Shown in pieces: positions 50,155-61,369 of a stretch of 64,000 bases of DNA. The notes below the pieces were generated by a model. That model saw only the letters and a program-made list of their open reading frames with translations. It searched no databases and was not told the DNA's origin. Source of the DNA: Octopus sinensis (taxonomy: Eukaryota); assembly GCF_006345805.1 (NCBI RefSeq), contig NC_042997.1, positions 156,488,001 to 156,552,000 on the forward strand. The letters are read 5' to 3'. Position numbers and translations under genes: made by a program. How positions within the stretch are numbered: position 1 is the first letter of the stretch; every line of letters starts with the position of its first letter.

Positions 50155-50244
50155 ATTGATGACCCCGACATGATACGAACACGTAGCCTTCAGTGAAATT
50201 GACTACCTATTTATTTGTTTTTACCTGTACCTTTTTGTAAATGA

Positions 50245-50512
50245 TGTAAAAGCACCTGTGCTGGTGTCACATAAAAGTGTTTGTGCCAATGCCAAGTAAA
50301 AGTGCCAGTGCCAGTGTTACATAAAAGTGCTCATGCTGGTTCCACTTACAAAATATCCAGTATACTCTGTAAAGTGGTTGGTGTTTGGAAGGGCATCCAG
50401 CTGTAAGAACTATGCCAAAACAGACAATTGGAAACTGGGCAGCTCTCCAGCTCCTGTCAAACCATCCAACCATGCCAGCATGAAAAATGAACGTTAAATG
50501 ATGATGTTGATG
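50245..50512 (+). mobile_element. RTE-type 3' tail fragment
   Basis: Subrepeat remnants, ggaagggcatccagctgtaa, catgccagcatg ... gttaaatgatgatg. Confidence 0.8.
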
Positions 50513-51039
50513 AGATATGAAAGTTCTGTCACTTTAGCATAGTTAAACAGGGAGACCTCTGTCAGACAATTACTTCTCAAGCCAACAGAAGAGCCTCTCT
50601 ACATAGTCATCCAAAATGCTAGAAAAAGCTGCTAGCTCAAACCACATGTTAGAATCTTGAAAATAAGAAACATAATGCAATTAAAAATGGTGCCATCCTA
50701 AATATACAACAATTGGAGTAACCTCTATACAATCACTCAATCTGCTTAAGATGCTTTATAATCTTACAAAAAGGTTACATTGGAAAATGTAGTTCTAGAT
50801 ACAATGTATCTGAATACAGTGGAATGTATAAGAGAAAGTGGTCACAGAAGATGTCTTTTATCATAGGTATAGATGATAAAGGCTGACCTTGGGCTAAACA
50901 GTACCAATCACCTCTTCAATAATTCACTTTCACCTCTCCCAATTTTTACTCTTTTTCCTCAGTTTTTTTTCTCTGTCGAAACCTCACACAAGTACCACTA
51001 CAACCACAACACACACTCAATGAATTAGTTAGTTGTATG

Positions 51040-51483
51040 AGGCATAGCTATGTAGTAAAATGTTTGCTTCCCAACCACATAGTTCTGGGTTCAGTCCCAC
51101 TGTGTGGCATCTTGGGAATGTGTCTTCTACTATATATTTCTTTATTGCCTACAAGGGGCAAAACATAGAGGGGACAAACAAGGACAGACAAAGGGATTAA
51201 GTCGATTACATCGACCCCAGTACGTAACTGGTACTTTATTTATCAACCCTGAAAGGATGAAAGGCAAAGTCGACCTCGGCGGAATTTGAACTCAGAACGT
51301 AATGACAGATGAAATACTGCTAAGCATTTTGCCCGGCACACTAACATGTCTGCCAGCTCGCCACCATTGAAATTGATGTGACCCCGACATGATACAAACA
51401 CAATGTATCTTCTACTATAGCCTCAAGCCAACCAAAGCCTTGTAAGTTGATTTGATAGAAAGAAACTAAAAGAAGCCCAACAA

Positions 51484-51514
<31 letters not shown>

Positions 51515-51955
51515 TGTGTGTGTGTATGTGTGTTTGTCTTCACCACCACTAGACAACCAATGCTGGTGTGTTTACGTCCTCGTAACTTAGGAGTTTGGCA
51601 AAACAGTCTGGTACAATAGATTGTTTGTTTCTTCTTGAGCAACACCTGGCTCATTAGGGCCGGTTTCCCAGTTTCCTTGGTGTATAGGTTCCCCACCTGG
51701 ACAGGACATCAGTCCATCGCAGGTGAGCTGCAAGATGCAGGAGGAAAGAGTGAGAGAAAGTTGTGGCAAAAGAGTCAAAAGAAGTTCGCCATTAGCTTCT
51801 GCTGGAGCCATGTGGAGCTTAGGTGTTTCATAAACACACACATTGCCCAGTCTGAGATTCGAACCCGCGATCTCTCGACCGCAAGTCTACTAGATACCAG
51901 GCTTTAAAAAAATAAGTGCTGACCACAGTCTAATGACTGAAACAAGTAAAAGAAA
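51040..51955 (+). mobile_element. SINE family A with two nested minus-strand SINE insertions (51135-51401 and about 51622-51887)
   Basis: Host pieces rejoin across the inserts; the first insert has an 18-bp TSD aatgtgtcttctactata / aatgtatcttctactata; the second has a B box (gggttcgaatctc on minus) and an (AAAC)n tail. Confidence 0.88.
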
Positions 51956-52122
51956 ATGATAAAAATGCTAACCATTGTCCAAGTCTTCTAAGCCAATTAT
52001 ATACATTCACACTACTACTGCTATAATCTAATAATCTTCAAATAGCTCACCAGAGTTGTTGTTTAGCTATAGGTCAGCCTTGATCATCCTAGCATTTGAT
52101 TAAAGGCATTTTGGGGGTATGT

Positions 52123-52365
52123 GGAGGCACAACGCTTAGTGGTTAGTGTGTCAACATCATAATCGTAAGATTGTGGTTTCAATTCCTGGACTGGGCGATG
52201 CGTTGTGTCCTTGAGTAAAACACTGCATTTCACATTGCTCCAGTCCACTCAGCTAGCAAAAATGAGTAACACTGTGATGGACTGGGGAACACATACGCCA
52301 TTGAAACCGGGAAACCGGGCCCATGAGCCTGGCTGGGCTTTAAAAGGGTGCATTTATTTTTTTAT
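52123..52365 (+). mobile_element. tRNA-derived CORE-like SINE (family D)
   Basis: A-box-like gcttagtggt, B-box-like gtttcaattcc, CORE-like ttgtgtccttgagtaaaacact; 3' gaaaccgggaaaccgggcccatgagcctgg shared with the 51622-51887 insert. Confidence 0.8.
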
Positions 52366-53521
52366 TTTATTTTAGGGCTATGCAGGACAACATTGTCCAG
52401 TGTGTTATTTTTCTCTTTTTTAAAGATTACATCTTTTGTAAAGGTGTAATCTAAGGGAAATTTGACAGGTTGCTAATTCTAGCAAACTGAACAAACACTC
52501 AGAGAGGTACTCTCTCATTGCTTCATGATTTACCAGAGTTTATGCCACTGTGAAACTGGCAAAATACCCGAAATTAACTGTTCTACTTTCATACTACCAT
52601 TTTTATTCTTTAGTTTATAAAAGCTTAAAATGATTAACTGAATTATGAAAATAAATTTTCATTTTTGTATTCAGTTTACAAGATTCTTGATGTGAACTCG
52701 TGTGTTAAAACATATTTTGTTTTATCTTGGGAGGGTCCTTTTGACAATAATAAACATAAACTGGTTCTATTTCACTTCTTCATTTTCCATTTGTCAATTG
52801 GTTAATCATTTAACCAACTAACTAATCAATTGTTTGATTAAACATTCAGTCAATAAATCCGTCAGATGGGTTTGTCAAAGTCCTTTATTTGCCAATTGCA
52901 ACTTTATCAATGACATGTCCTTTCTGCTCCAGGTCTTTTTCAGTTCTATCTGTCTGTCTCCTAGTTTACAGGTTCTGTATTTATATGGTTGTGAGAATGT
53001 ATGAGAGAGAGAGAGAAAGAAAAAGAGGAGAGTGTGTGTGTATGTATTTACCAAATCATGAATTTATTTTTTATTAACGCAAACTAAAAGAAACCTTAAT
53101 GGAAATAAGTTTGTAGATATTCGCGCAACACAACTTCAAGGTTATCATTGATAAATTACAGGTAATACAGTTTATCCAACTAAATATATATAGCTATGAG
53201 AACTATGTCTCCTTCACAGACTATTAAATATACAGCAAAAATTGCTGCTAATATATAATTTTAGAAAAATGAAAGAAAATCTGTTTGGTGAACTGTCAGT
53301 TAAAGAGTACTTTGCAAAATCAAAAGAAATAGCAGAAGTACTGATATCGCTTCTTAGGGAAGTCTTTAATCAAATGGACTTTTATCCAAGTGACCTTTGT
53401 GTGGTAAAACATTGCTGTTATGCATTGCAATTCTACATGTCTCTTCTGTAACCACGTTTCATGTCCACACTTTTCATCGATCGATGTCTTTTCAGTATAA
53501 ACAATCACTTGAGGAACAAAT

Positions 53522-53752
53522 AATTCGTTCGTTTATTGGCCACAAGGGCTAACAAAAATCAATTAAAACATAAAGGGACAAAACACAGGACGAAAGTTAC
53601 AAAGGGTTTTGTCTGTTTGAAAAAGTCCGTGTACCTCCATGCAGGATAACAACGAAATGTAAGTAAAAATTAAAACTCCCAATAGGGGGAGGTGCTCCAA
53701 AAGGTTACTCGTGGAAAAACCCATAAAAGCCACGGGAGCCTGGTCAAAAGGT
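53522..53752 (-). mobile_element. Probable LINE 3'-UTR fragment sharing its tail with SINE family B
   Basis: Minus strand ends tgtccctttatgtt ... ttagcccttgtggccaataaacgaa, like the family-B tail tgtcccctctatgtttagccccttgt...caataaagaaa; no SINE head or core. Confidence 0.55.
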
Positions 53753-54105
53753 GGGTAGAGATCTGGATGAATAGTTAAGAAGCTCATTTTGCATTCATGT
53801 GGTTTCAGGTTCAGTCCCATAGAGCAGCACCTCAGGCAATGTCTTCTACAATAGCCATCAGGAATTGTGAGAAAGCCTGTCACACATGTGCATGCGTGCA
53901 CATATGTGTCTTTGTGTCTGTCCTACACCACCGTTTGACAAGTAGTGTTGTTTTGTTTATGTCCATGTAAGCTAGCAGTTTGGCAAAAGAGACTGACAGA
54001 ATAAGCATCACACTTAAAAATAAGTACTGAAGTCAATTTGTTTGATTAAAACCCTTCAAGGCAATGCCCCAGCTTGGTTACAGTTGAGTAAGTAAACCAA
54101 AAGAT
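53753..54105 (+). mobile_element. Old SINE family A copy
   Basis: Diverged head, partial core and tail. Confidence 0.78.
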
Positions 54106-54167
54106 AAATATCAAAAAGTCTAACAAAATCAAAGATATGAGGAGAGAAGGGGACAGAAAGAGACAGA

Positions 54168-54168
54168 A

Positions 54169-54213
<45 letters not shown>

Positions 54214-54300
54214 GAGATAGATAGATAGATAGATAGAGAGATAGATAGATAGAGAGATAGATAGAGAGATAGATAGAGAGACAGACAGAGAGAGAGAGAG
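54168..54300. repeat. (GATA)n/(GA)n microsatellite
   Basis: Direct reading. Confidence 0.95.
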
Positions 54301-55301
54301 ACGGGGTAAGAATATCCTTGGATATACAACTCGGGAAGTTTTAACATTTCACCATGGTGAGATGTTAGCAGCCATACGAAAGCATTAAAAAGATATTCAA
54401 ACTTGTAAAACTAAAAAGTTTTCCAGAAAATAAAATAGTTTCAAGAAATTGAAAAAAAAAAAAAATAGAATAGAAACAGATTATAACTGGAGGGGAGTGA
54501 CACCTACACAACCTGACTAAGTATAACCAAATCAAAACAAACCGAGCTCCAGACAGAATCAAATGCTACTGGGAATCCAGTAAAAGTGTAGCATAGAGAG
54601 GCAACAGTGCTGACTATGTTTTCCCGAGCCAACAAGGGAATCGCTGATTACTCAATACATTAGAAATAGCAGCCAAATCTCCCTCAAACCGTACCCTAAC
54701 ATCTTTAAAAAAAGGGATAGGAAATAAGTAAAGTAATCGCTGTAAACGTCTGAATATGTAAACGAATTATAAGGACAAGATGATCACAACTGGATCCCCT
54801 TTGATATAAGGTTAGACAACACAACGTTTGATACAAGATCAACTTTTATTTAGTGGGAGAATACAGCCGAAAATTCATATACAATAGGGTCGAAGAGTGT
54901 GCCAAAGACTTTATGTTCCATCCAAAACCCCTTTCGTTTTTTCGTTTTTGACTTTTTACGTTTCTTTTTTTTTATTGCAGTTATATTACAAAATAATGCT
55001 AAAAAAGAATCACACTCTCAAATGTTAAAAAGATAAAAGTAAACATTTTTTTTCTAAAAGTAGTCAAAATTTAAAAATTACAGAAGGAGTGAGGGGTAAA
55101 ATCTCCCCAGCCATGTTTCTTTCTTTCTTATATACTGGAATGGGTGTAAAACAATGTGTATGAAACGAATATGCAAAAAAAATGCAAGCAAAGCAACGGG
55201 AGGGTGGGGAGAGGACTTCGGAAAATTCACAAGATCCAAGTTTTTCCCTCATAACTTTTAGGAAAATGGGGTTTTTTCAATGAAATTTTATAGAAATACC
55301 A

Positions 55302-55967
55302 GGATCTTTTCCTTTTGAAGGCCAGATTTCAACACAATTTCTAGTTAACTAAACAGTTTAAAACTTCGTATACTGGTAGAATGTGTCAAAAGAAAACATT
55401 ATTTTCACTTGGCTTTCTTGATAAATTTGTAATTCGTTTGTTTAACATAGTTTAATTTTTCGAATTTTAACCAATCCTATGCTCTCTTTTGAGATAAAAT
55501 CATTTGCTGCGTCTAAAACTGAGACAACATCCTGTAACTAACCCTCACCCTCCCCTAACCCTAAATTTTTTTCTTAATTGTTAAATTAATTTAATTGTTA
55601 CGCGTGTAAAAAAATCTAAAGCAATGGAAAATAATTTAAACAATTAACATTCAAAACAATTCTATAATTTTATACACACGCTTTCTGTATACAGTTTTAG
55701 ACGCAGCAAATGATTTTAGCTCAAAAGGGAGCATAAGATTAGTTAAAATTCGAAAAATTGAACTCCGTTAAACAAACGAATTACAAATTTATCAAGAAAG
55801 CCAAGTGAAAATAATGTTTTCTTTTGACACATTCTACCAGTATACGAAGTTTTAAAGTGTTTAGTTAACTTTACAATAATGTTTTCTTTTGACACATTCT
55901 ACCAGTATACGAAGTTTCAAATTGTTTAGTTAACTAGGAAAATCTGGCCTTCAAAATGAAAAGATCC
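55302..55967. mobile_element. Merlin-related MITE with ~220-bp TIRs and central TAACCC-like repeats
   Basis: ggatcttttc ... gaaaagatcc termini; long inverted arms; 61-bp tandem duplication in the right arm; terminus shared with the Merlin remnant ending at 59307. No TSD seen. Confidence 0.85.
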
Positions 55968-56069
55968 ACATTTTGTCTACCGTTCTATGATTTTGATGGA
56001 CATCAATTTCTCTAGCGCCTACAATCGATGCCAATTTCTAATATACATATTTTAAAGGACACGATCACA

Positions 56070-56230
56070 CTCCATTAAAATGACTCGATTACATCACTAG
56101 TACTTATTTTATTAACTCTGGATGGATGAAAATCAAAATCGACATCTGCGGGATTTGAACTCAAAGTAAAGTTTCGTAACTAAGAACATCCCGGCAGTTC
56201 GTCCCGACACTTAACGATTCTGCCATCCAC
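56070..56230 (-). mobile_element. Diverged SINE family B copy
   Basis: ggatgaaaatcaaaatcgacatctgcgggatttgaactc ... taacgattctgcca. Confidence 0.75.
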
Positions 56231-56436
56231 AGATCAGATACATTGAAAGGAAATCGTCACTGAAAGCAATTTTGTCAATGTTTGAGTAAGTTCGGCAATA
56301 AACGTATGGTAGAACCACATCTAAAATATGACATGATCAATTATTCAGCAGAAATGAAGAGTTAGTGTAGTTCAGCCACTTATGACTCACTGAAAGCTAT
56401 CTAGACGGTTTTCAGTTTACATATATATACATATAC

Positions 56437-56498
<62 letters not shown>

Positions 56499-58599
56499 TC
56501 ACGAAAGCCTTATTACTTTGAGTGAGTTCGGCGGTTGTAATCTACAATCGACTATACATCTAACCCCCAGAACAAAATTGGTTTTCTGTCAAGTCAAACA
56601 TAAATTATTGTTTTCATTTTGCCGCTAATGCATTTGAGAAATGTATGAACATTAAAAATCCTTGTTTCCTTTCCTTCCCTTTATAAAATACAAGGAAAAT
56701 TATTTTCTGTGATAGCAAATGGAGGAAAATCTCTCTTAGGTCACGATTTGTCAGATAGCTTTGCGGAAAGGAAAACAATAAACCAGTTAAAAAACAATGT
56801 GAAAGCGTATCGATATTATTAAAGGCTATTTAGAAAAGCATTAACATCACACAATCTCATTTTCCTTCCTATTTAATATGCGAAGCCTTATTGTTTAGCC
56901 CCAGTTTAACCCTGATCAAGCAGATCTGTGAGCAAACTTTCAGTTCAGCGGTCTTTTGTTTTTGTTGTTACTTTTTTCCTGAGCTAATTCAAGAGATTTG
57001 GCTGCTATTTCAAGAAAATCGGCTGACAATGGTAGAGGCTTGGTTTATTGTGAGATCTTGTAATTATAAAATTATATAATATTATATAAAATCATTAGTG
57101 AAATTAATTACGTTTGGTTTTCATTGGAACCTCTAATATATGAATTTGTGTATGACGGGATAATCTATTTGTTTATTAACATCCAGAAAAAAATATTAAT
57201 AATTTCTCATTTCATCAATAAATTTGATATTTCATGTGTATGTAATAAAATGATTAATGAAAAAAACATTGAAAAAAAAAGGTAATATTACGATAGCTAT
57301 CACTATTTGATAAAACTTGTCAGAAAAGCTATGGTGAATTAATTATTACATAGAGACAAGGTCACAAATTTATAAGAGGTTAAAGTAGATTGGTTTAGCT
57401 CTTGTCTTATTTTTGAAAGAGCAATATGAAGTGACACGGTTACAACTATGATTCGAAATCAGATTTAGATCTCGGCTCATAGCATCAAACTGGGAGAAAC
57501 GGTCTTAAACACGATCATTTGCGTTATGGTCCTAACTTGGTTCTTTATACTACACTCCTAAACTTGAATAAACGATTGCACAAAAGAGACTGAAACCAGT
57601 TAAAGGATACACAGATGTGGGAATTTGTTCCATTGCCTAAACGAGAACAAGTGGAAAGAAAATTTAATAAAAAGAATTATAAACTGGTGGTGGTCTGCAT
57701 CGGAAATTTTATTATTGGTAATATATGAAGCTATTTAAGCACAAATGCTGTTTGGGGGAAAATGTTCTGAGCAGGAGGTAGTTTGTGACATAAATATATT
57801 TTCCACACTTTGACAAAGAACTTGATCTGAAACGTCAAGATATATTATCCCTCCACAACTGCACGCTAATGAAAGGAAGAATAATATAGTTGAGTCACTA
57901 TTATATTAGGTCAAACATCACTGTCTTTGTTAGTTATATATTTTCTTCTTAAAAAGTGATACATACATATACTGGATAATAATTACTGAAGAATTATTGA
58001 CTATTTAGAAAATTTGACAACATTTGTGTTTGTATTGACTTTTTTTTCATCTTTTGAGTTTACAGCCGTAATGTAGAGGATTGGAAATTCCTATAGTATA
58101 GCCTCGGAAATAATTTAATATGTCAAAAAACCTAATTTCTTCAGATCTATATGTTTTTAAGCAATATAGATCACGAATCCACAAACAATACTGATGCAGG
58201 ATGGATTTTCCGTAATTTTTCAATTTTAACTTTCTTTTCAAAACATTTTCTCTTCAAATTCATGTTGATTCTTCAAAATAATGCGTAGCCTAAATCTGAA
58301 AGAATTTTCAGAAAAAGTCAGTTATAGGGGTTTAAAGTTTTATCATGTTCGCCCAGTCAGGAAACAGGACTTGGAAGCTGTCATTTTGTACGTGACTGCA
58401 CATTTTGTCCTCAGCATCCTGAAAATAGCACATGTTGTCAATATTTGTATTCTACACGCAGAAAACGAGTAGATAACATGTCTTTTGTAGTTTGAAGCAT
58501 TCAATATGCATTTAATGCGATAGCACGAACTTAAAAGATTTATCCAAAAATGTTATTTAGCTGTTATTTTTAGTACCAACTGGATGACGAAGCAAGTTC

Positions 58600-59307
58600 T
58601 CCACACTTATTTTCTTAATATAGTTATTATAATCAACAGCTGTGCAATGTTTCATCCCCAGTTCTTCAACACAAAACTGGACTGAAGTCAATTCCTTAAC
58701 CCATGAGTAAAGGAAAAGCACTATGGTCCTAAAAGGAAGGGTGCCACCTTCAAATCATGTGTTCTTCTTCACTGACACAGGCTCCATGGATTCTCAGTGC
58801 GAGCATCGCCAGTACACATTCTCACCACTTCTCCTTGTACTCATAACATGCTTTTTCCTTTTACATAATTTTCTTTTGGGTATAACACCCATTTTTTTGT
58901 AGGTATGATACAGCATCTTCCTTTATTCTTGGTGTCGCCATCATAGACACGCAGTTACCAGAGTTTACTGCCATAATCAAACAGATTGGTAAAATTTTCA
59001 GGTGGATAAAACAGTAGAACACAGCCTCAACAAGTGGTTTTGGTATATTTGTCAACACATGCTTTCTCACAGACAAAACAGTTCTCATGTTCTGCTTGTT
59101 CCTATGGAAACAAGCATGAATGTGTCTGTGGCTTACGATTAGTTAAAATTACCCAAAATTTTCAAACTTTAATTGCTAATAACTCTTTATTGTTTTAAGC
59201 AAAAATGATTTTCATGACATTCATTAGCCTATAAAAGTGTATCATCACACTGAATATGAAATCAATTCAAACAGAAATTGACGCTGGCTGCCAAACAGAA
59301 AAGATCC
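58600..59307 (-). pseudogene. Merlin (IS1016-like) transposon 5' end with transposase N-terminal remnant
   Basis: From about 58974: EDAVSYLQK(fs)GVIPKRKLC..VYWRC..NT*FEGGTLPFRTIVLFLYSWVKELTSVQFCVEELGMKHCTAVDYNNY; terminus ggatcttttctgtttggcagcc. Confidence 0.8.
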
Positions 59308-59349
59308 AAAAAAATTTCTCACAAATTTAATATGGTCATTGTTAAATCT

Positions 59350-59960
59350 GGCCATTAGGTTGTGGGTAGCGATTTTCTTTACTACTTCAGGGAGTGATGA
59401 CCCTGCCTGACACAAGTCCCAGGCTCAGCTGGCTCTGGCTGACAGTACCTGGTATGGGACCCTATCCAGGGTTACGGAAAGGAGACAACCTTCAAAGAAA
59501 TCCGGAGTGGAGCCCATAGGCGGCTTAGTGTTCGACTCGACACTCTTCTGTCAGTTCCTGCAACAAGCTGGTGCCAAACATAATGCTCTACACTCCTTTG
59601 GACTACGTCAGCAAGGTCGAGAGAGGAATCTTGACGATTGGGCTACCCAGGATTTTCTTACATCTAGCCCAGGCCTGTGCAAAACTGGAGAGGACATGAA
59701 ATGTAAAAACCAGACTTGATTAGTTTATGCACAACTCCATTGTCTCCCAAGACAAATGGATGCCAACAATAACAAATCTGGCCACAATATGGTGAAAAAG
59801 CACAAAATAATTAAAGAGAGTGGTATATTGATGCTACTTGCCAAACTGATGTATTCATGCGCAGTGAGAGGTCAGCTGCAAGACGAATCCAAGGCTTCAA
59901 ATATCGAGTTTGTGCTAGAATTTCAAGAAGTGGATGAACTAATAAGTAGACATATATCTC
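59350..59960 (+). mobile_element. Possible degraded RTE LINE 5' UTR and endonuclease start
   Basis: GC-richer block recalling RTE 5' UTRs (tgggctacccagg ... tagcccagg hairpin), followed by a weak QEV motif like the APE domain start. Confidence 0.45.
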
Positions 59961-61369
59961 TACAAAAAAATGCCTTAAATTGAGCCCAAACAGCATAGAA
60001 TCATCGTATTGAGAATGTTGTTTATTCCCTCTCACTGTTTTAATAACTTGTGGAGAAATACTGGTCAAATTTCACCAATAAAAACTATATTGTGCAATGA
60101 ATATAATTTTGTAGACTATTAAAGCCAGATATGATTTTTTTCCATTCTGAGTACAGTCAACTTGTGTTGTTTTTTCTGCCTCCTACTAACGAATTTGATG
60201 TGAGCTATAGGTGTTTTTAATATCTTTACTTTATGATTTTAATGCTTAAAGTAAGAAATTAGTTTTCACATTTGGTTATTTTTTTTTTATTTAGGTCTAC
60301 GGGCAATTCTGAGAAAAGTATCAGGTACTAGAAACAACAGCTAAATCTCCCTAATATCATACATCTTTTCATTTGAATTTTTTAACCAAAATGGCTTCTC
60401 CCATTGCTTTTTAAATGTGTAGTGCAATATATACCATTCATTTCCAAAATCATGATCAAAATAAATAAACAAATAAATAAGAAAAATCCCCGTCAAAATG
60501 GAGAGAAGCCAACTTATGTGGGCGTCCTGATCCAAAACTCCACCATTTATAACCATTTTTAATAGTTCTTTAAAATTTTATTGAAATGGTGTCACATCCC
60601 AAAATTTCAGGATTTATTTAGTTCTATGACTACTACAAATGTGCCAAAACTCAAGTCCCTGTGGCTTGTATTGTGAGATTTTGTTAGGTTTGACAACACC
60701 GCAAAATTGACTGTTTGTGTTGTGTAACAAAATAGGCTTTAGGATAAATGTTTAAAAAACTGCCAAAAAAGTTTTCTTTCCAAGAATCTGAAAAAAAAAT
60801 AGGTAACTACTACACTATGGTCAATATTAATTTGTGTAATTTGAAGATTAACATCACCTCAGTTTCAAAGATATGGCATCACAAATATGGCTAATTATTC
60901 ATTTAGGACAATTAGGCAAGATTTCAACCAATTCGATGACCATTCGATTTGTCATATTTCCTAAAATACTCATCCTACTTTCACAAATGAGATATCGAAA
61001 TGTTTCTTTTTGGATGTTCTCCAAGAAAAAGTACAGTAGAAATAACATTTAGATATTTTCAAAAATTCATAGTGATACCTATCTAATAATACTTAGTTTT
61101 CACTAAACCAGAGAACTAGGATGCTAGCATCCCTTAAAGCAGTGTCTGCCAAAATTTTTTACCTTACAACACACTGGGTGAGGAGAATTTATTGTGGCAC
61201 ATCAAATAAAAATCCTAACAAAATTGAATATACTTTATTAGTATGAATAAAAATAAAAAAATTCTTATTATAGTAACAATAAAATAGCATTGTTTTATGA
61301 ACATATAATAATAGGTAATATAATACAATAATAATGTTTTTAGTAAGAAGGATGCAATTGGTTTTGAGA

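Noticed and set aside
50157-50191. tRNA-Trp gene
   Set aside because: Only the 3' 35 nt are present, directly against an LTR; the D arm and anticodon loop are missing.
53264-53403. Possible exon (KMKENLFGELSVKEYFAKSKEIAEVLISLLREVFNQMDFYPSDLCV) with AG and GT ends
   Set aside because: No recognisable homology, weak pyrimidine tract and donor; needs RNA-seq or BLAST support.
55538-55564. Telomere remnant or fusion site
   Set aside because: Only about four degenerate units, located in the centre of a MITE.
59350-59450. HDV-like ribozyme at the start of the putative RTE 5' UTR
   Set aside because: I could not build the nested double pseudoknot by eye; a descriptor search on the family consensus is needed.
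60298-60900. Possible DNA transposon starting tacgggcaattc
   Set aside because: No matching inverted end or TSD found.
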